From assembly GCA_046541575.1 (NCBI GenBank), contig JBKHDA010000001.1:24243-88242 (forward strand): a stretch of 64,000 nucleotides of DNA. The letters are read 5' to 3'. A model generated the notes under the pieces. The model had not been told where the DNA came from. It saw nothing but the letters and a program-made list of their open reading frames with translations, and did no database searches. Shown piece after piece: positions 39,820-50,427 of the stretch. Both the position numbers and the translations under genes were made by a program. The stretch is from Halanaerobium sp. (GTDB lineage: Bacteria > Bacillota > Halanaerobiia > Halanaerobiales > Halanaerobiaceae). How positions within the stretch are numbered: position 1 is the stretch's first letter; every line of letters starts with the position of its first letter.

Positions 39820-40854
39820 ATGATTTCTTATATTTTAAGGCGTTTATTTATTCTTCCGGTAATCCTCTTTGGAGTTAGTTTATTGATTTTTTCGATGATT
39901 ATGATGCTGGGACCCTATCAGAGATTAAGTACATATATTACTGATCCTGCCCAATTAAAAGGAGCAGAGGACATTGATCAGTTGGTTGCAAAATATGGAC
40001 TTGATGATCCCTGGTATGAACAGTATGGTCGTTGGATTACAGGAGTTGCACAGGGTGATTTTGGGTGGTCAGAATCAGCAGGAGCCCCGGTAACAAGTGC
40101 TATAGCCAGTAGATTTCCTGCAACAATTGAACTTGCATTATTATCTTTAATACCGGTTATTTTTGGTGGTATTATTCTGGGAGTTATATCGGCGGTTCAT
40201 CATAATAAAATAATCGACCACACAATACGAATATTTGCAGTAATTGGATGGTCGTTTCCTTCGTTTGTATTTGGATTACTTGTTTTAATGATTTTCTATG
40301 GAGTTTTGGGCTGGCTGCCACCAGGAAGATTATCAAACTGGGCAACAGATATTGTTCGATCAGCAGAATTTGTAAACTATACAGGCATGTATATTTTAGA
40401 TGGACTACTGAATCTTGATTTTGCTGTAGTTTTAGATGCAATTAGACATATGATTGCACCAGTTATTACAATTTCAATTTTATGGTGGGCTTTTATATTA
40501 AGAATTACTCGATCTAATATGTTAGAGACCTTAAAGAAAGATTATATTAGAACTGCAAGAGCAAAAGGACTGGCAGATAATGTTGTTGTTTATAAGCACG
40601 CTGTTCGAAATGCACTAATCCCGGTAGTAACAGTTGCTGGTCAGATGGTGCTTGGACTTGCAGGTGGTTTAGTAATTGTAGAAAGTATTTTTAATATAAG
40701 GGGATTAGGTCAGTTCATGGCCAGATCTGCTCAGCAGCTTGATTATCCAGGTGTACTGGGAGGAGCTTTATATTTTGGTTTTTTATTAATTTTAATAAAT
40801 CTTTTTGTAGATGTGTCTTATGCTATAATTGACCCAAGAATTAGATTGGAGTGA
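39820..40854 (+). CDS. peptide ABC permease (OppB/DppB)
   Basis: YILRRL, RFPATIEL and EAA loop (RTARAKGL). Confidence 0.95.
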   Translation: MISYILRRLFILPVILFGVSLLIFSMIMMLGPYQRLSTYITDPAQLKGAEDIDQLVAKYGLDDPWYEQYGRWITGVAQGDFGWSESAGAPVTSAIASRFPATIELALLSLIPVIFGGIILGVISAVHHNKIIDHTIRIFAVIGWSFPSFVFGLLVLMIFYGVLGWLPPGRLSNWATDIVRSAEFVNYTGMYILDGLLNLDFAVVLDAIRHMIAPVITISILWWAFILRITRSNMLETLKKDYIRTARAKGLADNVVVYKHAVRNALIPVVTVAGQMVLGLAGGLVIVESIFNIRGLGQFMARSAQQLDYPGVLGGALYFGFLLILINLFVDVSYAIIDPRIRLE

Positions 40855-40861
40855 TGGTTTA

Positions 40862-41737
40862 GTGGAATGGCAAGAAGTTTTAAAACGTTTATTACAAAAT
40901 AAAATCTCTTTATTAGGTATATTAATTATTTTATTCTTTATTATTATAGCTGTTTTTGCTCCCTGGATTGCACCACCCAAAGATGCTGATGAACCATATT
41001 TAATTCCCAGAGGTGGCTGGTCAATTCAACCCCAGCCTCCAAGTGAAGAATATATCTTCGGTACAACTGAAGGTCAGTATGATATTTTTTATGGTATTAT
41101 TTGGGGTACCAGGACTGCATTTCGGATTGGTCTGATTGTTGTAGGCATTAGCAGTACAATTGGTATAATTGTGGGAACAGTGGCTGCATATTATGGTGGT
41201 CTGGTAGATGAAATTATCATGAGGATCACGGATATTTTTATGTCAATTCCCTTTATAATTGCTACCATTGTATTTGTTACTATTTTAGGTCAGGGTATAA
41301 CAAATGTTATGATAGCCTTAATTACATTTAGCTGGATGAGTACAGCAAGATTGATGCGTTCACAAGTTTTATCGGTTAAGGAAGACGAATTTGTGCAGGC
41401 AGCTGTTGCTTTGGGGGCAAATGATTTTAGAATAATTTTTAGACATATTATTCTTAATACAATTTTCCCGGTTGTAATCCAGGCTTCGATGAGAATGGGT
41501 TCAATGGTTATTACTGCTTCCACTTTAAGTTTCTTAGGTGTGGGAGCACCAGAAGGTTATGCTGATTGGGGTCAGATGATCTCTTTTGCCCGTAACTGGA
41601 TTTTAGGTGTAGAGGGTAACCCTCTTAATTATTGGTATACTCTGGTAATTCCTGGAGCTGCTATTACATTATTCTGTCTCTCCTGGAACCTAATTGGTGA
41701 TGCCTTTCGTGATATTTTAGATCCAAAACTTAACTAG
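40862..41737 (+). CDS. peptide ABC permease (OppC/DppC)
   Basis: EFVQAAVALGA and GDAFRDILDP motifs; GTG start chosen from RBS spacing. Confidence 0.93.
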   Translation: MEWQEVLKRLLQNKISLLGILIILFFIIIAVFAPWIAPPKDADEPYLIPRGGWSIQPQPPSEEYIFGTTEGQYDIFYGIIWGTRTAFRIGLIVVGISSTIGIIVGTVAAYYGGLVDEIIMRITDIFMSIPFIIATIVFVTILGQGITNVMIALITFSWMSTARLMRSQVLSVKEDEFVQAAVALGANDFRIIFRHIILNTIFPVVIQASMRMGSMVITASTLSFLGVGAPEGYADWGQMISFARNWILGVEGNPLNYWYTLVIPGAAITLFCLSWNLIGDAFRDILDPKLN

Positions 41738-41774
41738 TTTTGTTAAATTGACGCTAATAAGGTAGGTGAATTTC

Positions 41775-42806
41775 TTGAATAAAGAAGCTTTAGTAGAAGT
41801 GAAAAACTTAAAAACATATTTTTATACAGAAGAAGGAGTAGTTAAGGCTGTAGATGGAGTAGATTTTGAAATCTATCCTGGCGAAACTTTAGGTATTGTA
41901 GGAGAGTCCGGCTGTGGTAAAAGTGTTACTTCTTTATCAATTATGAGGCTGGTTGAATCTCCACCTGGAAAGATTGAGGCAGGCGAAATAATATTTAATG
42001 GTAAAGACCTAACAAAACTATCAGAAAAAGAAATGAGAAAAATTCGCGGTAATGACATTTCTATGATCTTTCAGGAGCCGATGACTTCCTTAAATCCAGT
42101 TTATACTGTTGGAGATCAGATTATGGAAGCAATTATGCTGCACAAAAAAGTAAATAGAAAAGAAGCAAGAAAACAGGCCGTAGATATGCTGCAGAAAGTA
42201 GGTATTCCACTCCCGGAACAGCGGGTAGATGAGTACCCCCATCAGTTATCAGGTGGTATGAGACAGCGTGTTATGATTGCTATGGCTTTAAGTTGTGATC
42301 CACAGCTTTTAGTTGCTGATGAGCCGACCACAGCTTTAGATGTTACTATTCAGGCTCAGATCTTAGAATTAATGAATTCATTAAAAGAAAGTTATGGGAT
42401 GTCAATTATGATGATTACTCATGATCTAGGAGTAATTGCAGAGGTTTCAGATAGAGTAGCAGTAATGTATGCCGGTAAAGTTGTAGAGTATACAGATGTA
42501 GATACATTATTTGATGATCCCAAACATCCATATACCTGGGGACTGATGAATTCAATCCCTAAGTTGGATAGGGATGTAGATCGTCTGGAAGCAATTCCGG
42601 GTAGTGTTCCATCTCCACTTAATTTTCCAGTGGGCTGTAAGTTTAATACCCGCTGTCCATTAGCTGAAGGAAAATGTTATGATGAAGAACCACCTTTAGA
42701 AGATACTGATGGAGGTCATATGGTTCGCTGCTGGAGATATGAAGACTTAGAAGAAATCAAAAAACGCGGAGAACGAATTTATGAGGATCGAGGTGTTTTA
42801 GAATAA
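41775..42806 (+). CDS. peptide ABC ATPase (OppD)
   Basis: [25 protein letters not shown] and C-terminal Cys cluster; start could be 41766. Confidence 0.95.
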   Translation: MNKEALVEVKNLKTYFYTEEGVVKAVDGVDFEIYPGETLGIVGESGCGKSVTSLSIMRLVESPPGKIEAGEIIFNGKDLTKLSEKEMRKIRGNDISMIFQEPMTSLNPVYTVGDQIMEAIMLHKKVNRKEARKQAVDMLQKVGIPLPEQRVDEYPHQLSGGMRQRVMIAMALSCDPQLLVADEPTTALDVTIQAQILELMNSLKESYGMSIMMITHDLGVIAEVSDRVAVMYAGKVVEYTDVDTLFDDPKHPYTWGLMNSIPKLDRDVDRLEAIPGSVPSPLNFPVGCKFNTRCPLAEGKCYDEEPPLEDTDGGHMVRCWRYEDLEEIKKRGERIYEDRGVLE

Positions 42807-43780
42807 TGGCTGAAAATTTACTTGAAGTTAGAAATTTAAAAAAATATTTTCCGGTAAAAGCAGGAGTTTTTAAAAGAACAGTCGCTCATGTCAAGGCTGT
42901 TGATGATATTTCCTTTGCAGTAAAAGAAGGAGAAACACTCGGTCTGGTTGGAGAGTCAGGTTGTGGTAAATCAACAACGGGTAGAACAATACTGCGTCTG
43001 CTGGAAGCAACTGAAGGAGACGTTATTTTTGAAGGTAAAAATGTAATGGATCTGGATAAAAGAGCAATGCGGGCCATAAGACGTGATATGCAGATTATTT
43101 TTCAGGACCCATATGCATCTCTAAATCCAAGAATGACAGTTGCTGACATTGTTGGTGAACCGCTGGATATTCATAAACTGGCTAAAAATAAAAAAGAACG
43201 CAATGAAAAAGTCAAGGAAATTCTTGAAAATGTGGGGCTTGGAGCAGAATATATGAACCGTTATCCCCATGAATTTAGTGGTGGTCAGCGTCAGCGTATA
43301 GGTGTAGCCAGAGCCCTGGCAGTAGATCCTAAGCTTATTATTGCTGATGAGCCTGTATCTGCTCTTGATGTGTCAGTACAGGCTCAGGTAGTTAATTTAC
43401 TGCAGGATTTACAGAGGGAATATGGATTAACTTATCTTTTCATTGCTCATGATTTAAGTGTAGTTAAGCATATAAGTGATCGAGTGGCAGTAATGTATCT
43501 GGGTAAGATAGTTGAATTAACGGATAAAAAAGAATTATTTAAAAATCCGATTCATCCTTATACTCAATCACTACTATCTGCTATTCCAGAGGCAAATCCG
43601 AAAAAGAAAAAGGATAGAATAATTTTAAAGGGAGATGTTCCTTCACCTGTTGATCCACCTTCCGGGTGCCGCTTCCATCCTCGCTGCCCTAAAGCATTTG
43701 AACCCTGTCCTGTGAAAGAACCGGAGTTTAAAGAATATGGAGATGGACATTTTGCTGCCTGTCATTTATTAGATCAATAA
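42806..43780 (+). CDS. peptide ABC ATPase (OppF)
   Basis: [17 protein letters not shown] and GCRFHPRC motifs. Confidence 0.95.
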   Translation: MAENLLEVRNLKKYFPVKAGVFKRTVAHVKAVDDISFAVKEGETLGLVGESGCGKSTTGRTILRLLEATEGDVIFEGKNVMDLDKRAMRAIRRDMQIIFQDPYASLNPRMTVADIVGEPLDIHKLAKNKKERNEKVKEILENVGLGAEYMNRYPHEFSGGQRQRIGVARALAVDPKLIIADEPVSALDVSVQAQVVNLLQDLQREYGLTYLFIAHDLSVVKHISDRVAVMYLGKIVELTDKKELFKNPIHPYTQSLLSAIPEANPKKKKDRIILKGDVPSPVDPPSGCRFHPRCPKAFEPCPVKEPEFKEYGDGHFAACHLLDQ

Positions 43781-43802
43781 ATAATTAAATAGGAAAATTA
43801 TT

Positions 43803-43850
43803 AATCCCTGAACTGGATAATTAAAATCCAGACAGGGATTTTCTTATTTT
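43803..43850 (+). terminator. terminator after the peptide ABC operon
   Basis: AATCCCTG / CAGGGATT stem followed by a T-rich tract. Confidence 0.75.
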
Positions 43851-43948
43851 TAGAGAATAATAATTTATAAGAGCATTTTTATCTTAAAAATTATTATAAA
43901 AAGTGTTTATAAAACCGGCTAATATAATTAGCTCTGGAGGTATAATTC

Positions 43949-45538
43949 ATGAATAAAAATAAAAATTTAATTATATTAATTATAGTAATTATTTTAGTTT
44001 CATTTATTATCAGTACAGCAGCTGCAGAGGACAACTTGAGGATTAAAGTCAATCAGAGACCTCTTAATTTAAATCCTATTTATGCAGCCAATGATACTGA
44101 GCTGATGATTATTCGACAGCTTTTCGATAACTTAGTTAAATATGATAAAAATGGAGAAATTGCAGCTGACCTGGTAGAATCATGGAAAGAAGATAGTTCT
44201 GCCTCTGTTTTTAAATTTAAACTAAAAAAAGATGTATATTTTCATAAATATAAAATTGATGGCAAAGAAGTAAAAAAAGAGAAGCGAAGGGTGAGAGCAG
44301 ATGACTGGAAGTGGTCGCTTGAATATTTAGCCTCACCTCAAAATAAGTCTCCTTATGCTGAACTTTTAAAAAAGGTAAAAGGTTATCAGGATTATCGACA
44401 GGGAAGTAGTGATGAAATATCAGGCATAAAAGTTTTGGATGACTATCAGCTGCAGATAGAATTAAATCAACCTTATGCCCCTTTTATTAATAATTTAACC
44501 AAAGAAGCTGCTGTAGTTTTACCAAAAGAAGCAGTTTTAAATGAGAATAAAAACTTTTCAATTTCACCAGTTGGCACCGGTGCTTTCAGAGAAATTAATT
44601 TATCTGAAAATAAGGTTACTTTAAGCAAAAATAAAGAATACTGGAAAAATAATTATCAAAAAGAAAAGCTGCCTTATTTAAATCAAATAGAGATTTATTT
44701 TAATGATTTTGATTTATTGAATGATTATCAAAGCTTTGATTTGTATCAATTAAACAGTGAGGATTTTAAAAAATATAATGAAATGAAAGACAAATTTAGC
44801 AGTTATCAGCTGCAGGAAATCAAAAATGGAATTTATTATTATTTAGCAGTTGACTGCAGCAGTTATCAAAAAAATCAAGCTAAAATAAAGAACATTAAAA
44901 AAAATATAGGAAATTTTCTAAAAGAAGAAGATTTAATTGAAAAATTAAATTCAAATAAAATTATCTCTATTTCAAATACTAATAATCAGATTATTTTTGA
45001 TAGACTTGATAATTGTCTGCAGTGTTCTCAAAATTCAGCAGAAGCTGACTTTGAAGTTCAGAATCAGGAACTGCTGGATTTATATATAAATAATTCAGAT
45101 CAGAATTTGAAATTTGCTGAACTGATAAACAAACAGCTCAGAGATATTGATTTAAACATAAAAAAATATAATTGGGCTGATTATTTAAAAAAACTGCAGC
45201 AAAGTAATTTGAATAACCAGCTTTTTATAATGAGTTATGATTATCAGAATAAATTTGATTTTATATATGATAATTTTTATTCAAAATCAGATAAAAACTA
45301 TTCTAAATATCAAAATAGCCGACTTGATAATTTGGTTGAATATTTAATGTTAAACAATAATCAGCAGAGTAAAAAAAGAGCCTATCAAATAATTGAAGAA
45401 ATTTTAATGCAGGAAAACCCATTTCTCATCTCTATTCAGGGAGGAGAAAGTTATTTAATGTCAGAAAAAATATCAGAGCCGGATTGGTTTTCAAATATAT
45501 ATTTGGATAATAATTTTGAAAAATTATTTTTCAAGTAA
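43949..45538 (+). CDS. second, divergent family 5 substrate-binding protein
   Basis: Signal peptide, LNP, LFDNLV and PVGTGAF motifs; Asn/Lys-rich. Confidence 0.8.
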   Translation: MNKNKNLIILIIVIILVSFIISTAAAEDNLRIKVNQRPLNLNPIYAANDTELMIIRQLFDNLVKYDKNGEIAADLVESWKEDSSASVFKFKLKKDVYFHKYKIDGKEVKKEKRRVRADDWKWSLEYLASPQNKSPYAELLKKVKGYQDYRQGSSDEISGIKVLDDYQLQIELNQPYAPFINNLTKEAAVVLPKEAVLNENKNFSISPVGTGAFREINLSENKVTLSKNKEYWKNNYQKEKLPYLNQIEIYFNDFDLLNDYQSFDLYQLNSEDFKKYNEMKDKFSSYQLQEIKNGIYYYLAVDCSSYQKNQAKIKNIKKNIGNFLKEEDLIEKLNSNKIISISNTNNQIIFDRLDNCLQCSQNSAEADFEVQNQELLDLYINNSDQNLKFAELINKQLRDIDLNIKKYNWADYLKKLQQSNLNNQLFIMSYDYQNKFDFIYDNFYSKSDKNYSKYQNSRLDNLVEYLMLNNNQQSKKRAYQIIEEILMQENPFLISIQGGESYLMSEKISEPDWFSNIYLDNNFEKLFFK

Positions 45539-45556
45539 ATTTATGTTAAAAACTTC

Positions 45557-45596
45557 AATAACCCTGAAAACCTTTTCATTGTTTTCAGGGTTATTT
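45557..45596. terminator. 15-bp-stem hairpin after the second binding-protein gene
   Basis: AATAACCCTGAAAAC / GTTTTCAGGGTTATT. Confidence 0.75.
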
Positions 45597-45748
45597 CAGC
45601 AGCAAAATTAACAGAAAGTTAGCAAAGTTTTTAATTTATTGATTATAAACTTTATAAAAGTTAATTAAGGGTTTTTAGGGGTCTGTTCCTTCAAATCAGG
45701 CATTTTTTTCGTTAAATTGCTTAATTATCAAAAAACTTTGATTTTTTT

Positions 45749-45775
45749 GCAGGATTTTTTGGTTGTGCATTGAAT
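45749..45775 (+). promoter_or_regulatory. sigma-H-type promoter
   Basis: GCAGGATTT-N11-ATTGAAT fits RNAGGAWWW-N11/12-RNNGAAT. Confidence 0.65.
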
Positions 45776-45786
45776 ATATTAAATAG

Positions 45787-45800
45787 TGAAATGGATTTCA
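45787..45800. promoter_or_regulatory. LacI-family operator
   Basis: TGAAATGGATTTCA, one mismatch from the palindrome TGAAATCGATTTCA, just downstream of the promoter. Confidence 0.65.
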
Positions 45801-45822
45801 AAAAATTCTGGGAGCTAAAACT

Positions 45823-46872
45823 ATGGATGTTACTATGAAAGATGTAGCTAAATTAGCAGGTGTTTCATTAAGCACAGTTTCACGTGTTTTGAATGATAGT
45901 TCTTTAGTGAGAGAAGAAACAGCCAGAAAAGTTCAAAAAGCTGTTGATAAACTGGATTATCAAATTAATGATTCTGCTCGAATTTTAAGAACCAATACCA
46001 GTAATTTAATTGGAGTTATTGGAGCAGGTATGGAAAGACCATTTTTGGCTAATCTGCTTAAGGGAATCGAAGCAGAAGCCAGAGAACGAGGTTATGCTTT
46101 AATATATGGTGATTCTGATGGAGAATTTGAAAAAGAGCAGAATTATTTAAATATTATGAAGCAGAAAAAAATTGATGGAATAATCTTAATCACTACTAAT
46201 TATTATAATGAACTGCTTTCTATTGTTAAAAATTATCACATTCCTGTAGTTTTTGCTTCAGGTTATATAAGTGATCCAGATATTAGCTGTGTAACTGTAG
46301 ATAATGTTGCTGCTGCTTACGATATTGTAGAATATCTCTGCCAGGCCGGTCATCGTGATATTGCTTTTATTAAAGGTCCTGATCTAGATTTATTAGCCAG
46401 TCAGGAAAGACTCAGAGGTGTTAAGCTGGCTCTGCGTTTAAGTGATATTAAATATGACCCAAAACGATTTATTGAGGGAGACTTTACATTTGAGAGTGGT
46501 TATTCTGCAGCAAAAAAAATTATTAATAAATTTCCAGATGTAACTGCTATTTTTGCTTTTAATGATGAGATGGCAGTGGGAGTTATTAGATATTTAAAAG
46601 AACAGAATATAAAAGTGCCAGAAGATATTTCTGTAGTTGGTTTTGATGGTATTGAATTAGGGAAATATACAAATCCGGCTTTGACTACAATTGAACAGTC
46701 AGGTTATCATTTAGGGCTAAAAAGTATAGAAATGCTGAATAAAATAATCAATAAGGAAAAAATTGAGGATAATAAAGTTTTTATTCCACACAAATTAGTG
46801 GTTAGAGAAAGTACAAATAAATTAAATGAACTTACTACTAATAAGGAGGTGATAACAAATAATAGGGGGTAG
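45823..46872 (+). CDS. LacI-family repressor
   Basis: TMKDVAKLAGVSLSTVSRVLN HTH, VPEDISVVGFD and LVVRES motifs. Confidence 0.96.
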   Translation: MDVTMKDVAKLAGVSLSTVSRVLNDSSLVREETARKVQKAVDKLDYQINDSARILRTNTSNLIGVIGAGMERPFLANLLKGIEAEARERGYALIYGDSDGEFEKEQNYLNIMKQKKIDGIILITTNYYNELLSIVKNYHIPVVFASGYISDPDISCVTVDNVAAAYDIVEYLCQAGHRDIAFIKGPDLDLLASQERLRGVKLALRLSDIKYDPKRFIEGDFTFESGYSAAKKIINKFPDVTAIFAFNDEMAVGVIRYLKEQNIKVPEDISVVGFDGIELGKYTNPALTTIEQSGYHLGLKSIEMLNKIINKEKIEDNKVFIPHKLVVRESTNKLNELTTNKEVITNNRG

Positions 46873-46927
46873 TTAAGATATAACTTAATTTTTTATTAAC
46901 TAACAATTTTAAGGAGGAGAATTATTA

Positions 46928-48226
46928 ATGAGAAAAAATTTGCTTTTAGTTTTAGCTTTAGTTTTTGTTATTGCATTTAGTGGTGCAGTAGTTGCTGAGG
47001 AGGATATTGAACTTACAATTGCCGGTGGTGCTGTTGGTCAGGAAAAAGAGTTGACTGAAAAAGCCGCAGAAATGTATGAAGAAGAAAATCCAGATGTTAA
47101 AGTAGAAGTTTTAGATACACCTGATCTTTCAAATGACAGGTTGGGATTATATTTGCAGTTTTTAGAAGCTGAAAGTTCTAAGGTTGATGTTTATCAGATA
47201 GATGTAATCTGGCCTGGAGATTTAGCAGAGCACTTTATCGATTTTTATGATTACGGTGCAGAAGAGATAGTTGATGATCATTTTGAAGAAATTGTTGATA
47301 ACAACACAACCACTGACGGTCGTTTGGTTGCTTTACCCTGGTTTACAGATGCTGGATTATTATATTACAGAAAAGATCTATTAGAAAAATATGACCGTGA
47401 AGTTCCAGAAACCTGGGATGAATTAGAAGAAACAGCTAAATATATTATGGAAAAAGAAAGAGAAGATGGTAATGATGACTTTTATGGTTATGTCTGGCAG
47501 GGGAATGCTTATGAAGGTTTAACCTGTGATGCTTTAGAATGGACTTTCTCTAATGGTGGTGGCAAGATTGTAAATGATGATCAGCAAATAACAATTAATA
47601 ATGATAAAGCAATTGAAATTATTGATCAGGCTGCCGGCTGGGTTGGAGATATTTCTCCTACTGGTGTAACAGGAATGGGAGAAGAAGATGCCCGCTCAAT
47701 GTATGAAGCTGGAAATGCTCTATTTATGCGCAACTGGCCTTATGCCTATAATTTAGCAAATGAAGAAGGCAAGCCAACTGCAGGTAACACTGATGTAGCA
47801 CCTCTACCTGCTGGAGATAGTGGAAAATCTGCTGCAACTTTAGGCGGCTGGAACTTAGGTGTAAGTAAGTACAGTGAACACCGTGAAGAAGCTGCTGAGC
47901 TAGCTATGTTCTTAGCTGGAGAAGAAGTACAAAAGATGCGCGCTATTGAAGGATCCTTTAATCCTACAATTAAATCATTATATGAAGATGAAGATGTACT
48001 GGAAGAAGTTCCGTTTTTCGGCAGTCTTTATGAAGTATTTACAAATGCTGTAGCTCGTCCTTCTACTGCCACTGCTCCCCGTTATAATCAGGTATCTGAA
48101 TTATTCTACCAGTCAGTACATTCAGTACTAACGGGAGAAAGTGATGCTCGTGAAGCTATTGAGTATTTAGAATTAGAACTGATGGATACTACAGACTTTG
48201 AAACTGGTGAGCCAACACAACCATAA
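46928..48226 (+). CDS. alpha-glucoside ABC binding protein (ThuE/trehalose-binding-like)
   Basis: DVIWPG, TDAGLLYYRKDLL, YEGLTC, FMRNWPYAY and TLGGW motifs. Confidence 0.9.
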   Translation: MRKNLLLVLALVFVIAFSGAVVAEEDIELTIAGGAVGQEKELTEKAAEMYEEENPDVKVEVLDTPDLSNDRLGLYLQFLEAESSKVDVYQIDVIWPGDLAEHFIDFYDYGAEEIVDDHFEEIVDNNTTTDGRLVALPWFTDAGLLYYRKDLLEKYDREVPETWDELEETAKYIMEKEREDGNDDFYGYVWQGNAYEGLTCDALEWTFSNGGGKIVNDDQQITINNDKAIEIIDQAAGWVGDISPTGVTGMGEEDARSMYEAGNALFMRNWPYAYNLANEEGKPTAGNTDVAPLPAGDSGKSAATLGGWNLGVSKYSEHREEAAELAMFLAGEEVQKMRAIEGSFNPTIKSLYEDEDVLEEVPFFGSLYEVFTNAVARPSTATAPRYNQVSELFYQSVHSVLTGESDAREAIEYLELELMDTTDFETGEPTQP

Positions 48227-48252
48227 GTAAATTAGTTAAAATTGCTTATCAC

Positions 48253-48283
48253 CTGGAGAGGGGTGACCCCTCTCCAGATTTTT
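48253..48283 (+). other. GC-rich intercistronic stem-loop
   Basis: CTGGAGAGGGG-TGA-CCCCTCTCCAG followed by ATTTTT. Confidence 0.75.
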
Positions 48284-48300
48284 AAAAGGAGGGAATTTAA

Positions 48301-49371
48301 ATGGCAATAAGTAGCTCATCAAATCTGGCAAATGAGGAACAAAAATTAGCGTTTAAATTATTACTACCAGCATTTTTAGTCTTAATTATAATTGCTTTAT
48401 ATCCTCTGGGTCAGGTTTTTTATACCAGTTTTACGGATAAACAATTTGCTTCAGGTTCAGAAACTAATTTTGTTGGTCTTGATAATTATAAAGCCCTGCT
48501 TTCAGTTTCAATTAGAGAATTAGAACCTGTAATTGATGAAGAAACAGGAGAACAGGTAGTTGACGAGGAAAGTGGAGAAAGAAAATTTCAAAGTCCAATC
48601 CAGGTATTACCCCGAGATCCAGAATTACATCGACCGTCATTTCAGTTTAGTTTTTTTGGTAATCGATATGTGGTTGGTGCCCAAACGCCAGACTTTATTA
48701 GGTCGGTCTGGAATACTTTAATTTTTACATTTTTCTCGGTCTTTTTGGAAACATTACTGGGTTTAATTGTTGCTTTAGTAGTTAATAGTGAATTTAGAGG
48801 TCGAGGAGCAATGAGGGCTGTAATGCTGGTCCCCTGGGCAGTAATTACTGTTGTTTCTGCAAAAATGTGGGAGTGGATGTTTGAGCCTACCAGAGCCGGA
48901 TTATTTAATATGCTGGGAGATCGATTTGACTTGATTGATGGTAGTTTTGCTTTTTTAAGTAATAATTCTTTACAGATGCCAGCAATTATAGCAGTTGATG
49001 TCTGGAAAACCACCCCATTTATGGCTTTATTGCTTCTTGCTGGTTTACAGATGATTCCAGAGGAATTATATGAAGCTGCAGAGGTAGATGGAGCCAGTAA
49101 ATTAAGACAGTTTTTTAATATTACTTTACCACTATTAAAACCTTCACTTGCTGTTGCTTTAATTTTTAGAACCTTAGATTCTCTGCGAGTATTTGATGTT
49201 TTTCAGGTTATGCTGTCACAGAAAAGATATTCAATGGCAAGCTTTAACTATTTTCAATTGATTTCAGCCAGACAAATGGGAATGGCATCTGCAATAGGAG
49301 TTATAATTTTCATCATTATTTTTGCCTTTGCTATTCTTTATATGAAAACTCTGGGAGTTGATACAAAATGA
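48301..49371 (+). CDS. sugar ABC permease (MalF-like)
   Basis: DVWKTTPF and YEAAEVDGA motifs. Confidence 0.95.
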   Translation: MAISSSSNLANEEQKLAFKLLLPAFLVLIIIALYPLGQVFYTSFTDKQFASGSETNFVGLDNYKALLSVSIRELEPVIDEETGEQVVDEESGERKFQSPIQVLPRDPELHRPSFQFSFFGNRYVVGAQTPDFIRSVWNTLIFTFFSVFLETLLGLIVALVVNSEFRGRGAMRAVMLVPWAVITVVSAKMWEWMFEPTRAGLFNMLGDRFDLIDGSFAFLSNNSLQMPAIIAVDVWKTTPFMALLLLAGLQMIPEELYEAAEVDGASKLRQFFNITLPLLKPSLAVALIFRTLDSLRVFDVFQVMLSQKRYSMASFNYFQLISARQMGMASAIGVIIFIIIFAFAILYMKTLGVDTK

Positions 49372-50234
49372 CAAGAGAACAGAAAAAAGTTGCCAAAAAG
49401 ATATTGTTCTATATTGTTCTGGCATTGGTTGTAATTTATTTATTATTCCCATTTTATTGGGCTATAGCTTCTTCTTTGAAATCTGAATCACAGTTAAGCA
49501 TGACACCTGCTACTCTGATTCCTAGAGATCCGGATACTGGTGAAATATCGATTTTTACCAGAAATTACATTGCGGTATTTTCAAATGGAGGTTTTGTTAG
49601 AGGACTTATAAACAGTACAATTGTTGCTACTTCTACTACAATTTTAGCTCTGATAACCGGTTCATTTGCTGCCTTTGCCTTAGGAAAATTGAGGTTTAAA
49701 GGTAAATCACCTGCATTATATACAATTTTAGCAATGACTATGTTTCCACAGGTTACAGTTCTATCAGGTTTATATGCTGTAATTACTGCTTTAAATCTGA
49801 GTGCCAGGGTAAGTATGATTTTTACATATCTATTATTTACCCTACCCTTTACAACCTGGGTCTTGACCTCATTCTTTAGAGATTTACCCAGAGAAATTAT
49901 GCAGTCAGCTCAGGTGGATGGAGCCACACCTTTTCAGACATTCCACATGATATTATTGCCGCTGACAGCACCGGCTTTAGTTACTACAGGTTTGTTATCA
50001 TTTATTCAGGCCTGGAATGAATATCTCTTTGCTTTAACCTTTACATCAATTGATTCAGGGGCAAGAACCGTACCGGTAGCCATTCAATTTTTCTCGGGAG
50101 AATTTGCCCGGCAGGAGCCATTTGGAGAAATAATGGCAGCTGCTGTTGTTGTAACAGTTCCAATTGTTGTTTTAGTGTTAATTTTCCAGAAACGTATAGT
50201 TGCTGGATTAACAGCGGGTGCTGTAAAAGGTTAA
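49368..50234 (+). CDS. sugar ABC permease (MalG-like)
   Basis: SAQVDGA, AWNEYLFA and GLTAGAVKG motifs. Confidence 0.95.
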   Translation: MTREQKKVAKKILFYIVLALVVIYLLFPFYWAIASSLKSESQLSMTPATLIPRDPDTGEISIFTRNYIAVFSNGGFVRGLINSTIVATSTTILALITGSFAAFALGKLRFKGKSPALYTILAMTMFPQVTVLSGLYAVITALNLSARVSMIFTYLLFTLPFTTWVLTSFFRDLPREIMQSAQVDGATPFQTFHMILLPLTAPALVTTGLLSFIQAWNEYLFALTFTSIDSGARTVPVAIQFFSGEFARQEPFGEIMAAAVVVTVPIVVLVLIFQKRIVAGLTAGAVKG

Positions 50235-50321
50235 TTGTAGATACAGTTTCTTATTAAAAATTTAAACATAAAATAATATTTTATGTTTAGATTATCCAGC
50301 TGATTAAAAACAGAAAAACTC

Positions 50322-50369
50322 AGGCCATCAGATTAGAGATGCATAATAATTTGATGGCCTCATTTCTTT
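50322..50369 (+). terminator. hairpin between the permease and GH65 genes
   Basis: AGGCCATCAGATTA / TAATTTGATGGCCT followed by CATTTTCTT. Confidence 0.55.
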
Positions 50370-50427
50370 GTCAATTAAACAATAATTTTCAAATTTTTTT
50401 AAAATTATATTTTTAGGAGGTATAAAC

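Noticed and set aside
45678-45691. GGGGTCTGTTCCTT resembling another REP class
   Set aside because: Single short imperfect occurrence with no partner in the window.
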